The notes beneath the pieces are model-generated. The model saw only the letters and a program-made list of their open reading frames with translations, was not told where the DNA came from and did not search any database. A program made the translations under genes and the position numbers. From a virus (Duplodnaviria; Caudoviricetes), in IMG/VR virus record IMGVR_UViG_3300004173_000066, positions 1-60,689 of that record: a stretch of DNA of 60,689 nt; one strand, written 5' to 3'. Below, in pieces: positions 38,709 through 47,925 of this stretch (positions are counted from its first letter, which is position 1; the number at the start of each line of letters is the position of its first letter).

Positions 38709-39308
38709 GTGTCCCAGCTCCTCCCGTACCTCTACGCCGCCCTCGCGCTCCTGATCCTCTTCGCCGCGGTCCCGGCCTCGCTCTACGGCCTCGCGTGGCT
38801 GCGAGCGAAGCGCGTCGCCCAGGACTCGCTCGCCGCGAAGATCGCCTTCGAAGCGATCGAAGGCCTCGCCGCCACCATCGTCGCCGCCGCGGCCACCGAG
38901 GTCGCCGACCTGAAGGACCCGACGAAGCCCGGCCGGTGGGACGCCGCCGCGGCCGCGCGGATCTTCCAGCGCGCCGTCTACGACCTCGCGCGCGTCGGCG
39001 GGAAGCTCGTGGCGGACATCCGCGCGCTGCAGCGCCTGACGCCCCAGGCAGTCGAAGCGCTCATCGAGGCCGCGGTCGAAGCCCAGGTCGGGAAGCTGCG
39101 CGCGCTCCAGGGCGCGGGCGCGGCGCGCATCCTCGAGCCGAGCGAGCTCGCGCGCGTCGAGGGCCTGCACGACCTCGCCGCCACCCCGGCCTCCCTCGGC
39201 GGACCCCTGCGCGGCGCCACGCGCCCGATGGGCTTCCCCGTCGCCTCGGCGCCCCACGGGAGCTCTGCCGGCGAGCCCCCGCGCGATCCGTCTTCCCCCA
39301 CCCGCTGA
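38709..39308 (+). CDS. Membrane protein, holin-like
   Basis: N-terminal TM; LIEAAVE motif reminiscent of LL-H-type holins. Confidence 0.5.
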   Translation: MSQLLPYLYAALALLILFAAVPASLYGLAWLRAKRVAQDSLAAKIAFEAIEGLAATIVAAAATEVADLKDPTKPGRWDAAAAARIFQRAVYDLARVGGKLVADIRALQRLTPQAVEALIEAAVEAQVGKLRALQGAGAARILEPSELARVEGLHDLAATPASLGGPLRGATRPMGFPVASAPHGSSAGEPPRDPSSPTR

Positions 39309-39386
39309 GCCCCCCGCCCGGGCCGCCCGCGCGCCCGGCGACGCCTTCCGTCCTCGCTCCCCACCCCAACCCATCGAGGTTCACCC

Positions 39387-39992
39387 GTGAAGCACTTGCG
39401 CGCCTTCGTCCTCTTCCTCGCCTGCCTGATCGCCACCACCCCCGCGTGCCTGCCCCCGCAGCCCATCCCCCCCTCCGACGGGGGCGTCCCGGCCGTCACC
39501 CCCTCGGGCTGGACCCGCACCGCGCACCTCGCCGCGACCGTGGGGCACGGCCTGATCGCCGTGGCCCGGCCCATCGTCGCTGCGGTCGCCGTGGACCCGG
39601 GGGCCACCCGTGCGGCGCGGGCCTTCGATGCGGCCGACGATGCGCTCGGAGGCCTGGACCGCGCCGTCACGGCCTACGAGGCTCGCGGGGGCGACGCCTG
39701 CGCTGCCTACGCGGCGGCGGGCGCGTCGGCAGTGGCGCTGCGCGAGCTGGTGGACGTCCTCGCCGACAACGGCTTCGCGATCGGGGTGCCGCTCGGCCGC
39801 GTGGTCGACCTGGTGGCGTCCGTGGTCGACGGGCTCATCCCCGCCTGCCAGCGCGACGCCGGCTGGTCGAGCGCCGGCGCCTCCGCCAACACCCACCAGC
39901 GCGACGTCGAGCAGCGCGCGCGCCTGCGGGGCGTGATCCTGCGCCGGGACCTCGACCGGATCACCCCGGCCCTCGACGGGGGCGCGCGATGA
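39387..39992 (+). CDS. Secreted/lipoprotein in the lysis cassette (spanin-like candidate)
   Basis: Signal peptide ending TPAC; helical body. Confidence 0.5.
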   Translation: MKHLRAFVLFLACLIATTPACLPPQPIPPSDGGVPAVTPSGWTRTAHLAATVGHGLIAVARPIVAAVAVDPGATRAARAFDAADDALGGLDRAVTAYEARGGDACAAYAAAGASAVALRELVDVLADNGFAIGVPLGRVVDLVASVVDGLIPACQRDAGWSSAGASANTHQRDVEQRARLRGVILRRDLDRITPALDGGAR

Positions 39993-40201
39993 AGGCGCCG
40001 ACCCTCCAGGAGGCTCGCGCCTCGGTCGACGTCGACCACGACGTCCTCAGCTACGGCAGCGACGGCGCCGGGGGCGTGCACCTCTGCCTCGGCGAGGGGC
40101 GGATCCACCTCTCGGCCGACGCGGTCCGCGCTCTCGCGGCGGGCCTCGAGGCGGAGGCTGCGCGTCCGGCCTCGCCCGCGCCGTCGGAGCCCGGTCGATG
40201 A
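39989..40201 (+). CDS. Hypothetical protein
   Basis: ATGA overlaps on both sides. Confidence 0.5.
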   Translation: MKAPTLQEARASVDVDHDVLSYGSDGAGGVHLCLGEGRIHLSADAVRALAAGLEAEAARPASPAPSEPGR

Positions 40202-41088
40202 ACGCCCACAACGCACGGGGCTGGGTGCCGCCCGAGTCCCGCGGCCGCGCGCCCCACACCGGCACCCGCCTCGGCGGGAGGGGCACCTTCGCCGGGCTGC
40301 GGCCCGAGGTGCTGCTCGAAGGCCTCCCGCCCGTCTACGACCAGGGCCAGGTGGGGAGCTGCACCGCGCACGCCCTCGCCGGGGCCGTGGAGGTCCTCCT
40401 TGCCCGCGGGGGCTACGTGCCCGAGACGCTCGACCGCGCCGCCCTCTACCGCCGCGAGCGCGACCTGATCGGGACGCCGGGGGAGGACTCGGGCGCGATC
40501 CTCGCCGACGGCGTCCGCATCCTCGGCACCGGGTGGGAGCCCGAGGCGCTCCCGCCGCCCGGCACCTGGGGCACCGTCTGGGCGCGCCCCGCGCCGCAGC
40601 TCGCGCCCGACGCGCCGCGCCTCGTGAACAGCGAGCCGCTCGACTTCGACCCGTCGACGATCGCGACGGAGATCGATGCGGGGCACGTGGTGCTCGCCGG
40701 AATCCACGTCACCGCGCAGTGGTCCGAGGCCTTCGGCGCCGAGTCGCTCCCTGAGCCGAGCGGTCGCGTCGTCGGGGGCCATGCCGTGGCGCTCGTCGGG
40801 TACTCGCTCCCGCGCCGGTGCTGGGTGGTGCGCAACTCCTGGGGCCCCGCGTGGGGCCGCGGGGGGTGCGCTCTCCTGCCGTGGCGCTGGACCGAGCTCC
40901 CCTGGTGCGGCGAGGTGCACGCCCTACGCGCCGTGCGCCGGGCGCCGCCCCCACCCGTGCGCGTGACCCCGGCCGACAAGATCGAGGCCCTCGAGGACTT
41001 CCTCCGCCCCATCGCGACGCTCCCCGCGCGCGAGCTCGCCGAGCTCGGGATCGAGCGCGCCTACACCCTCCCGCGAAAGGCCTCGTGA
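40198..41088 (+). CDS. Papain-like C1 cysteine peptidase
   Basis: VYDQGQVGSCTAHA, GGHAVALVGY, VRNSWGPAWG. Confidence 0.92.
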   Translation: MNAHNARGWVPPESRGRAPHTGTRLGGRGTFAGLRPEVLLEGLPPVYDQGQVGSCTAHALAGAVEVLLARGGYVPETLDRAALYRRERDLIGTPGEDSGAILADGVRILGTGWEPEALPPPGTWGTVWARPAPQLAPDAPRLVNSEPLDFDPSTIATEIDAGHVVLAGIHVTAQWSEAFGAESLPEPSGRVVGGHAVALVGYSLPRRCWVVRNSWGPAWGRGGCALLPWRWTELPWCGEVHALRAVRRAPPPPVRVTPADKIEALEDFLRPIATLPARELAELGIERAYTLPRKAS

Positions 41089-41996
41089 TGAGCAACGACT
41101 GCAACCCGCCGCCTGCGGCCGTCGGTCTCATGGCCCGGGGGCTCTACGTCTGGCTCTGGCCGCTCCCGAAGGATCCGGCGCGCGTGGCCGCGGACCTGCG
41201 CGCGCTCGGCGTGCGCGGGGTGATCCCGCAGCAGTCGGACGATGCGCCCGCCTGGTGCCGCCGCCACGGCCGGGCGTTCGTCGACGCGGGCCTCGAGGTG
41301 ATCGTCGGCCTCGGGAAGAACAACCCCGCCTCCATCCACGATGCGCTCACGGTGCCGGGCGCCGCGGGCGTGATGCTGGACTGGGAGGGCTGGTGGGACG
41401 GCCAGCGCGCCCTCGCCGACCGGACCGCCACCGCGGTGCTCGCCGACCACCCCGACGCGGCTGAGCGCATCGTCGACTGCCCCTGGTGGGCGCCGCTCTT
41501 CTACCTGCGCCGCTCGGGCGCGAAGGTCGCTCGCGCGGCGACGCACCCCTCGGCGCCGACGAGGGAGTTCGGGCGCATCGTCCACCGGCGCTTCGTGCAG
41601 GCCTACGGCGCCAACGTCGGGCCCGAGGATGGCCACTCGGCGCGCCTGCTCGCCTGGTCGCGCGACCCGTCGCAGTACGCCTCGATGGGCGCCTGGGACA
41701 TCCGCCCGGCGCTGCAGATGTACCGCCGCTCCGTGCGCGACCACGTGGAGCTGCTCCTCGCCGAGCTCGACTCGGGGGCCGTCGCGCTCTGGGACTGGGG
41801 CGAGGCGGACGCCGCGTGCGTCGTCGCGCTACGCGCCGTGGAGGCGCTGAGGGCGAGGGGGTTCGCTGGCCCGGGCGCCGTCGCCCGGTTCCAGTCGCAG
41901 GCCGGGCTCGCGGCGGACGGCGTCGTGGGCCCACGCACGTGCGCCGCGCTCGGGGTCGCCGTGCCCGCGGCGGGCGTTCCCTGGAGCCGCCGGTGA
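41088..41996 (+). CDS. Endolysin: GH25-like TIM-barrel + peptidoglycan-binding domain
   Basis: GVMLDWE (DxE motif); AVARFQSQAGLAADGVVGPRT PG_binding_1 motif. Confidence 0.75.
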   Translation: MSNDCNPPPAAVGLMARGLYVWLWPLPKDPARVAADLRALGVRGVIPQQSDDAPAWCRRHGRAFVDAGLEVIVGLGKNNPASIHDALTVPGAAGVMLDWEGWWDGQRALADRTATAVLADHPDAAERIVDCPWWAPLFYLRRSGAKVARAATHPSAPTREFGRIVHRRFVQAYGANVGPEDGHSARLLAWSRDPSQYASMGAWDIRPALQMYRRSVRDHVELLLAELDSGAVALWDWGEADAACVVALRAVEALRARGFAGPGAVARFQSQAGLAADGVVGPRTCAALGVAVPAAGVPWSRR

Positions 41997-42325
41997 GCCG
42001 CGACTGCGCGGACCCGGCGCCGTGCACCTGTACGCGCTGCAGCGGCGACCCTGACGCCCTGCGCTACACCCCAGCGCCCGCGGGGGAGGGCGAGTGCCAG
42101 GTCACCCTCGAGGGCGGCCTGGTGATCCTCCGGCCCTGCCCCTGCGCTCGTCCGGGCAGCGGGCGCTCGGGTCCCGCGGTGGTGTTCGTGGCCGAGCTCG
42201 ACGTGCGCCTCGCGCCCATCGAGGGCGAGCCCGGCGCCTGGTGGGTGATGGACCTCGACGGCGTGCGGCCGCCGGGGCGTCTCACCGGGGTGCCGGAGCC
42301 CGCGCCCTGGGAGATCGCGTCGTGA
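41993..42325 (+). CDS. Hypothetical Cys-rich protein
   Basis: GTGA overlap with the endolysin. Confidence 0.45.
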   Translation: MSRDCADPAPCTCTRCSGDPDALRYTPAPAGEGECQVTLEGGLVILRPCPCARPGSGRSGPAVVFVAELDVRLAPIEGEPGAWWVMDLDGVRPPGRLTGVPEPAPWEIAS

Positions 42326-42528
42326 CGGCCCTCGGGTGGATCGCCCTCGGCGTGGCCCTCACGCTCGCCGCGCAGGCCCTCGGCCGCTGGCTCCTGCGCG
42401 GCTGGTGGCCGTAGCCGCCACGCTCCCGGCTCCCGCCCCCCCCCGCAGCCCCCGCGTCCTGCGGGCTCCCGCTGCCCCCGCTGCCGATTCCTTCGGTGGC
42501 GTCCCTTCCCCGTGATACCCACCGCCTC

Positions 42529-42600
42529 GCCGGGGCAGACCCGCGCAGCCTGTCCTCCCCCCCCGGAGGTCGCGCAGTGGTCCGCCCCGGCATTCTTCTT
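42529..42600 (+). terminator. Late-operon terminator-like hairpin
   Basis: GCCGGGGCAGACC...GGTCCGCCCCGGC followed by ATTCTTCTT. Confidence 0.55.
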
Positions 42601-42781
42601 GGGTGACCCGTCGCTCAGAGGGGAGGGAACTCTCCCGGAGCTACCCGGCTCCCTCCCGTCGAGCTGTCGCGCGTCGTCGCCCCCGGGCCCGGAAGGTGAC
42701 GGCGTGACGCCCCCCGCCGCTCCACGCGACGCGGATCGCGAACCGCGTCGCGTGGAGCGCACTGGCCGACCGGTCGTGTCC

Positions 42782-44734
42782 TCAGTCGCGGAACTCGAGC
42801 TTGATCACGTAGTCCGCCGCGTTGGCGAAGTTGTTCTTGATGCGGACGAACCACATGGGGCTATTCCAACCCCACGACACCAGGATCGAGGGGGTGCCCG
42901 TCACGTCGAAGTTCGCCGTGCCGGAGGTCTTCTCCATGGCGAGCGTGCCCCCGGAGGTGTGCATGAAGGCCGCAGTGCCGGCGCTCTGTGTGGCCGAGGT
43001 CGTGTCGTAGGCCTGGACCGTCACGGTGCCGATCCGGCCGTTGAAGATGGCGGGCCCCCACAGGTCCACCGTCGCGCCCGCTGCGAGGGTCCCGCTGAAG
43101 CGGTTCACGTAGGTGTCCCGCTCCCGCCACATCAGGTCCATCGCGCTGGAGGGGGACACCGTGTAGTACGCCGAGTGCGGCGGCATGGGAGTCGCGAAGT
43201 TCTGCTCCGACCGCATGCGTGACATCGCCCCAGTGGAGATCGTGGCCCACTGGGAGAAGACGCAGTTTCGCCAGATGACTGAGTTGCAGGTCTCGTAGAC
43301 GTCGATCACGGGGTCGTCGGCAGCCGCGTTGGTGTCCGCGCTGAGGAAGCGGCAGTTGTCGAGGGTCGCGTTGACGACGTTTCGCAGGTAGATCCCGCGG
43401 TTCTTGTGGTGGGCGGCGCCGGTCGCGGCGTAGCCGCAGTGCACGTTGTCGATCGTGAGGGCGTACAGCACCGTCGTCACGATGTGGATCGCGTGCCCGC
43501 CCGTCGTGCCCGCCGGCTCAATGTGGCCCTCTGTCTTGACGTTCCGGATCGTGACGTTGTTGCTCGCCGGGGTCGTGCCGGTCGTGTCGTGCCAGTAGAT
43601 CCCATAGCGGCCGCCGGCGATGTTCACGTTGTCGAGCCAGAAATTCCCCAGGGTGACACCCGAGGCGACGAGGATCGCCGCCGCGTTCGCGTCGGTCCCC
43701 TCGCACCCGAGCGTCAGGTTCTGCAGGCGGAAGCTGTCCATGTCCTCGCTCGCGCTGGCGGAATTGCTGTTCGCCTGGATCGAGATCGGTAGGTCCGCGT
43801 AGATGGACACGTCCCGGATGCTCGTGAGCTCCCGCCCCCGGGTCACGAGGCCCGTGGAGACGTTGGCGGTGGAGTGCCACGCCTTCACCACGACGTTCTC
43901 CAGGACGAAGCTGCTCACGTCCATGAGCTCGATGGCCGTCTTGGCCTGGGAGGTGTCCAGGGAGCTGATCGTCAGGCTCTTGAGCGAGCAGTAGTAGAGC
44001 ACGTTCGCGCCCTTTGTGAACTTCAGCGCCGACTTCGGGCCTGAAGTCGGCGCGAAGCGGATCGTCGTGGCGAACGGCCCGTCCCCCTCCAGGTGGGTGC
44101 GGTCGTACGCGATGGTGAGGGTGTCGGAGATGACGTACGTGCCGCGCGGGAAATACACGCGGGTCCACCCCTTGTCCCCGAGCGACGCCGCCGCGGTGCT
44201 GTACTGGCCCAGGCCCGCCGAGTCGATGGCCTTCTGGACGGCGGTGGTGTCGTCCGTCGTGTTGTTGCCCTTCGCGCCGAACCATCGGACGTCGATGGGC
44301 CCGGAGAACAACCTCATCCAGTATCCCGTCGTGGCGGCCGTGGACGTCAGGATGATGCCGTCGTCGTTGGCGAGCCCCGTCGGCAACGCCCCCGCCGTCC
44401 ACCAGAAGAGGCCGCCGCCGCCGTCGCCGCGGCTGCCGTGCCCGAGGAGGAGGGCGAAGCTGAACGCCGAACCGGCGTTGTCGAAGGCTCGGAGGGCGGT
44501 GACGGAGTCGAACCACTCGAGGCTCGCTGCGTTCACGCCCTGCACCAGCGAGTGCAGCTCGTTCGGCCCGGCGCCTTCCGCGTCCGGCTGACAGGCGGCG
44601 AGCGCCGCGCCTCCCCCCAGCAGTGCGAGCACGCCGCCGAACCATCGGCGGCCGGTGTCCACGCTGGGGCCGGGCGGCGCGAGGACGGAAAGGTCGGACG
44701 CGGCGGGCGGTACGGGCACGGTGGCTTCGGTCAT
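42782..44734 (-). CDS. Pectate-lyase-3-like right-handed beta-helix protein with Tat/lipoprotein signal
   Basis: TGRRWFGG...AALAAC; DGGGGLFWW; IDVRWFGAKGNNTTDDTTAVQKAID...VYFPRGTYVISDTL; AAGGAG RBS. Confidence 0.85.
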   Translation of the reverse strand: MTEATVPVPPAASDLSVLAPPGPSVDTGRRWFGGVLALLGGGAALAACQPDAEGAGPNELHSLVQGVNAASLEWFDSVTALRAFDNAGSAFSFALLLGHGSRGDGGGGLFWWTAGALPTGLANDDGIILTSTAATTGYWMRLFSGPIDVRWFGAKGNNTTDDTTAVQKAIDSAGLGQYSTAAASLGDKGWTRVYFPRGTYVISDTLTIAYDRTHLEGDGPFATTIRFAPTSGPKSALKFTKGANVLYYCSLKSLTISSLDTSQAKTAIELMDVSSFVLENVVVKAWHSTANVSTGLVTRGRELTSIRDVSIYADLPISIQANSNSASASEDMDSFRLQNLTLGCEGTDANAAAILVASGVTLGNFWLDNVNIAGGRYGIYWHDTTGTTPASNNVTIRNVKTEGHIEPAGTTGGHAIHIVTTVLYALTIDNVHCGYAATGAAHHKNRGIYLRNVVNATLDNCRFLSADTNAAADDPVIDVYETCNSVIWRNCVFSQWATISTGAMSRMRSEQNFATPMPPHSAYYTVSPSSAMDLMWRERDTYVNRFSGTLAAGATVDLWGPAIFNGRIGTVTVQAYDTTSATQSAGTAAFMHTSGGTLAMEKTSGTANFDVTGTPSILVSWGWNSPMWFVRIKNNFANAADYVIKLEFRD

Positions 44735-44805
44735 GGTTGATCGCTCCTTCGGCATGCACCGGGGAGTGGCCCAACGCCGCCCCCTCTGGTGCGAGCCCGG
44801 CGATC

Positions 44806-44821
44806 TGCAATGGTCCAGCCG
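44806..44821 (-). promoter_or_regulatory. Candidate sigma-54 promoter
   Basis: Minus strand CGGCTGGACCATTGCA = GG-N10-GC with TTGCA. Confidence 0.4.
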
Positions 44822-44895
44822 TCGGGCCCGAGCGGCGTCACGGGGCTGCGTTTACGGCGCAGCGTTCACGGCATGCCGCCCACGGACCGCCCGTC

Positions 44896-44943
44896 GGTTT
44901 CCTGACCGCCGTTGGTTTCCTGACCGCCGTTGGTTTCCTGACC
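44896..44943. repeat. 18-bp tandem repeat, about 2.7 copies
   Basis: GGTTTCCTGACCGCCGTT at 44896 and 44914, partial at 44932. Confidence 0.9.
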
Positions 44944-45087
44944 AGTTCTCCGGCGAGCCCAGTGAATGCTTCTCGTGCCGTCGCGTGCCGCCGCACGTTG
45001 CGCGGGAAGGCGTCGCGCGTCGCCGCCGTTGTCACGGCCGGCCCGCGGCTGTAGCCGGAGAGCAGCTCCGTCCCCTCCCAGATCCCG

Positions 45088-45264
45088 TCACCCATGCTCC
45101 CCTCCCTCGGCCCCGCGCGGGGCGTGTGCGAGCGCTGCGTCGAGCTGCTCTCGGATCGCGACGAGTTCGTCCACCGCGTCGCCCCCGTTGATGTCCTCGT
45201 CTCGCACCGTCGCCGCGACGAGGGGCCGCGCGCGCAGGGCGCGCAGCACCTCCCACGGGTCCAT
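45088..45264 (-). CDS. Small hypothetical protein
   Basis: Coupled to the upstream gene (TGATG). Confidence 0.55.
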   Translation of the reverse strand: MDPWEVLRALRARPLVAATVRDEDINGGDAVDELVAIREQLDAALAHAPRGAEGGEHG

Positions 45265-45569
45265 CACGCCGCCGCCTTCCGGGCGCGGGCCGCGACGCGC
45301 GCCCGGATGAGCTCGCGCGCTGCCTCGACGCGGAGGCCGTCGTCGACGAGGTGCGCGACGGTGAGGGCCTCCGCGTAGCCCTCCCACTCGGCGAAGTCCG
45401 CGCGGTGCTTGGCCCAGCTATTAGCCGCGTGGACCGGGTGCGAGGTCGCCCGCAGGTGCCCCGCCCATCCTTCGAGCATCCACCGCGCATCGAGCGCGAG
45501 GATCGGGAGGAAGGCCGCGAGCACGGCGTCGAGGTGCAGGACGGTGGCGTTGTCGTTGGCAGTCTTCAT
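45264..45569 (-). CDS. Small hypothetical protein
   Basis: GAGGAG RBS before MKTANDN. Confidence 0.65.
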   Translation of the reverse strand: MKTANDNATVLHLDAVLAAFLPILALDARWMLEGWAGHLRATSHPVHAANSWAKHRADFAEWEGYAEALTVAHLVDDGLRVEAARELIRARVAARARKAAA

Positions 45570-45586
45570 GGTGGTTCTCCTCTCGC

Positions 45587-45853
45587 TCAGCAGTCGTCGT
45601 CGTAGCCGCCCGTGTACGGGTTGAAACACTCGTCGGAGTCGATGTCGCCGGGCTCGTCGTCGAAGTCGTCGGGGTCCTCGTCGCAGTCCTCGGCCTCCGC
45701 CCGTTCGGCGGCCGTGCGCGCCTCGCCGGAGCCGAGGCAGTCGCGGCACCGCGAGCCCTCGTAGAGCCCCTCGCCGGAGCCGTTGCAGGTAGAGCAGAGT
45801 CGGTTGTGGTGGTCGTCGTCGAAGCCGATGAACACAAAGTCGGTGTCGATCAT
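45587..45853 (-). CDS. Small acidic protein with DnaJ-type Zn finger
   Basis: CSTCNGSG...CRDCLGSG; D/E-rich tail. Confidence 0.7.
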   Translation of the reverse strand: MIDTDFVFIGFDDDHHNRLCSTCNGSGEGLYEGSRCRDCLGSGEARTAAERAEAEDCDEDPDDFDDEPGDIDSDECFNPYTGGYDDDC

Positions 45854-45859
45854 GCCTGA

Positions 45860-45899
45860 AAGATAAGGCGCGAAGCCTATCTGTCAAGTGCGCTAAACA
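45860..45899 (-). promoter_or_regulatory. Sigma-70-type promoter + operator half-site
   Basis: TTGACA-16bp-TATCTT, 6 nt before ATG 45853; adjacent GTGCGCTAAACA. Confidence 0.65.
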
Positions 45900-45902
45900 G
45901 AC

Positions 45903-46199
45903 TTAGCGCGATGATTCGCGAGCGGACATGAGCGCGTCGGGGTACGGCTCCATCGGGTCGAGACCCCAGGCGAGCCACGAGGGATGCACGCCCAGCTCCC
46001 GGGCGAGCGCGAGCACGCTCGAGAGCTTCACGTCGCTCCCGGGGTGGTGCTCGATGTAGTGCACGGCCGCGGGCGAAAGGCCTGCAACACCTGACAGTTC
46101 GCGCGTTCCGAGCCCCCGCAGCGTCCGGGCGTGCAGCAGGCGCGCGGCGAACGTGTCGAGGGCGGGGGCGGACGCGGGCGGTTTCTTCCGTGGGCTCAT
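45903..46199 (-). CDS. XRE HTH regulator
   Basis: FAARLLHARTLRGLGTRELS...VHYIE...LARELGVHPSWLAWG. Confidence 0.88.
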   Translation of the reverse strand: MSPRKKPPASAPALDTFAARLLHARTLRGLGTRELSGVAGLSPAAVHYIEHHPGSDVKLSSVLALARELGVHPSWLAWGLDPMEPYPDALMSARESSR

Positions 46200-46230
46200 G
46201 GAGTGCGAGGGTGCAGACGGCGGGAGGAAT

Positions 46231-46294
46231 CGTCAAGCGCACTAAACTATGTCCGCACTGTGGCCTTGACCGTTGCTGTTTAGCGCGCTAAACA
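46231..46294. promoter_or_regulatory. Divergent promoters with 18-bp palindromic operator
   Basis: TGTTTAGCGCGCTAAACA (46277-46294) within TTGACC-17bp-TAAACA; related AGCGCACTAAAC next to a minus-strand TTGACG. Confidence 0.7.
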
Positions 46295-46344
46295 TCATGG
46301 GTCGGAGGCGCTGGACCCGCCCCCGGCAGAAAGCGACTCGCCCC

Positions 46345-46860
46345 ATGACCACCTACGCCGCCACCGCCCGCGCCTTCCGCAGCCTCGAAGCCTGCCTCCC
46401 CGTCGACCCGCTTCTGGTCGCCTGCACCCACTGCGGCGAGCCGGTGGACGGCGTCGACGGCCGCGGGCGCTGCGACGACTGCGGCTCGGACCGCCTTCTC
46501 GCGCTCCTCGACGAGGTGTCGACGGCCGACCTCGCCGTCGCCGCGACGATCGGCCACCTCAGCTTCGCCCGCCGAGAGACGGCCGCCCGCGAGGCTGAGC
46601 TCGCGGCCGACGAAGGCTTCACCGCCTGGCTCGCCGACCGTCGCGATGCCGCCAACGAGCTCCGGGCCTCGGAGGTCGACGCCCGCGCCAACGCCCTCCG
46701 GGCGCGCGCCGTGGCCGCCGAGGTCGCCACGTGGGGCGCGCACGACGCGGGTAACGACGACGCGGTGACGCACCACGGCCACCGCGCCGAGCGGCTCTGG
46801 GCGGCGCGCGAGGCCGCGGTGGTGATCGCCCGCACCCTCCGCGGCCGGGAGGTCGCGTGA
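46345..46860 (+). CDS. Hypothetical Zn-ribbon protein
   Basis: CTHC...CDDC. Confidence 0.6.
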   Translation: MTTYAATARAFRSLEACLPVDPLLVACTHCGEPVDGVDGRGRCDDCGSDRLLALLDEVSTADLAVAATIGHLSFARRETAAREAELAADEGFTAWLADRRDAANELRASEVDARANALRARAVAAEVATWGAHDAGNDDAVTHHGHRAERLWAAREAAVVIARTLRGREVA

Positions 46861-47087
46861 GCGCCCTGGGGTGCTCCTGCGGGCGGCTGCGCTGCCCGCT
46901 CTGCCACACGGAGCGACCCGCGCCGGGGGAGAGCGCGGCGCGCGCCGAGGTGCGGCGCCTCGCCGCGGCGTACCGCGAGCGGCGCGACGACATCATCCGT
47001 CGGGGCTACCCCAAGGGCGAGAGCTGGGACGATGCGTGGGTGCCGCTCGCTCGGGCGATCGTCGCCGCGGGCGGCCCCTGGGGCTGA
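46857..47087 (+). CDS. Small Cys-containing hypothetical protein
   Basis: GGAGG RBS, GTGA overlap; CSC...CPLC. Confidence 0.55.
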   Translation: MSALGCSCGRLRCPLCHTERPAPGESAARAEVRRLAAAYRERRDDIIRRGYPKGESWDDAWVPLARAIVAAGGPWG

Positions 47088-47925
47088 GGGCGGGCGCGCC
47101 GCAGGCTTACGCGACCCGGTATGCTCGCGACGCCCCCTCGGCGCCGCCCCGTGGTATCGGTCGACTGCGGCGCCGGGACGGGGTCCGGTCGGCGGAGTGG
47201 TCGGACGGTCGGTCCCGGTCCACCCCGGCGCCGCACCCTACGCGCTCGCAGCCGCGACGATGGCCAGCACGGCGCCCCGCTCCGTCATCCACGTCCACCA
47301 GGAGCGCGCCCCGAGGCCCGTGAGGTGCAACTCGAGGGCGGCGCCACCGGGGCCGTGGGGCGGCAACTCGAGGACGTAGCGGGTGATGCCGTCGAGGCCC
47401 GCGAGCTGCCACCAGATGGCGCCGCCGGGGAGGGGTTCGGGAGGGTTCATGCGCGGGTTGTCGGCGCGCGCTCGAGCACAGGTTGCGCATCGAGGCCTCC
47501 AGGGCTCCGCGTGGGCCCATCCATTATCGGCTTAGGAAGCCGCGGCTCTATGGCTGCACGGGAAGCGCTCGCCCCCGAGCCGTCGTTGTCCGCGCATGGC
47601 CCCACGTCGGAGCCGCTGCCGATGTCCGCGCCGGCGCCGCTGCCGGGGGATCGACGTCTCGACGTGCGCGCCCCTCCAGTGGGGCACCCTCGACTGCCCG
47701 GTGCGCTGCCTCGCGCTCGAGCGGCTGGACCAGGAGCGGGCGCGGGCGGCCGTGGGGTACGACCCGGACGAGGCTTGGGGCGAGCGGGCCGAGCGGCTCC
47801 GGGCGGCGGACGGCTTCGCGCTCGAGCTCCGGGCGGCGCGCGAGCGGCGGGAGCCGAGCTGCCGCGAAGGAGTGGGGCGCTGGCTCGCGACGGGCGTGAT
47901 GTGCGCCCGCGCCGGGTGAACGGGG

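Noticed and set aside
44896-44943. Possible mini-CRISPR array
   Set aside because: Head-to-tail 18-bp repeats with no unique spacers, and no cas genes in the window.
47107-47919. Short ORFs 47238..47450 (-) and 47596..47919 (+)
   Set aside because: May be real small genes, but starts and strand are ambiguous and there are no motifs, so they were not called.
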